A DNA stretch of 64,000 bases from assembly GCA_965195345.1 (NCBI GenBank), contig OZ239628.1, positions 416,001-480,000 of the forward strand, written 5' to 3'. This document shows, piece after piece, positions 63,683-64,000 of the stretch. Every line of letters begins with the position of its first letter. Positions within the stretch are counted from its first letter, which is position 1. The translations under genes were made by a program, and so were the position numbers. This DNA comes from an uncultured Thiomicrospira sp. (lineage in GTDB: Bacteria > Pseudomonadota > Gammaproteobacteria > CAKMZV01). The notes below the pieces were generated by a model, which worked only from the letters and a program-made list of their open reading frames with translations, was not told the DNA's origin and searched no databases.

Positions 63683-64000
63683 ATGAGCAGACCATTAAAA
63701 TTCACACTACAGCAAATAGATGACGGCATAGAGGCGTACTTTACCTATTGTGCTATTGATGGTTGTGGTTATCCAATAGCTAAAGAACACAAAGCCCCAA
63801 CGATTACGGGGCTGGCGTGTTTTCTCAAAACCACCAGAGATTTATTGCTGGACTATGAAAAGAAGCCCAAGTTTTCCGACACGATAAAAAGAGCCAAGCA
63901 ACGCATTGAGGCTTACAATGAATATTTACTGCTGTCAAAATCTGGGCAAGTTGCAGGCGTGATATTCAACTTGAAAAATAACTTTAATTGGCAAGACAAA
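63683..64000 (+). CDS. Phage small terminase, P22 gp3-like DNA-packaging protein (3' truncated; absent from the ORF track)
   Basis: Manual translation MSRPLKFT...IEAYF...PTITGLACFL..TRDLLLDYEKK..FSDTIKRAKQRIE...GVIFNLKNNFNWQDK. Confidence 0.8.
   Translation, partial: MSRPLKFTLQQIDDGIEAYFTYCAIDGCGYPIAKEHKAPTITGLACFLKTTRDLLLDYEKKPKFSDTIKRAKQRIEAYNEYLLLSKSGQVAGVIFNLKNNFNWQDK

Larger units (their letters stand above)
58484..64000 (+). mobile_element. Integrative phage-satellite/CP4-like element inserted at tRNA-Ile (right end outside window)
   Basis: P4-type integrase next to the tRNA 3' end, att-like repeats, AlpA, YagK/YfjJ-like gene, small terminase, and visibly different codon usage. Confidence 0.85.

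Overview
AT-rich bacterial chromosome segment, most likely from a marine gammaproteobacterium with a divergent 16S. It holds reshuffled housekeeping genes (rpmJ2-tig-clpP-lipB, phoH-ybeY-corC, rpsT, an orphan recC-like gene, coaD-bioB-bioF-maf, rpsU-yqeY, ygfZ, rsgA, yaaA-lipA) and a large organosulfur region: 1-Cys peroxiredoxin-cysJ-cysI-cysG, a DddP-like M24 protein, and a taurine cluster (tauABC-tauXY-pta plus a CobS/CobT-like AAA+/VWA pair, divergent from EamA-xsc-soeABC, with mobA nearby). The rRNA genes are unlinked. A 23S-5S unit at about 19.3-22.4 kb has its own rrnP1-like promoter and boxA. The 16S lies about 34 kb downstream, followed by tRNA-Ala, a Bor/Iss-like lipoprotein gene and tRNA-Ile. 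A phage-satellite-like element starts right after tRNA-Ile (P4-type integrase, accessory module, AlpA, YagK/YfjJ-like protein, P22 gp3-like small terminase) and runs off the right edge. Family assignments come from motif recognition by eye; no database searches were run.
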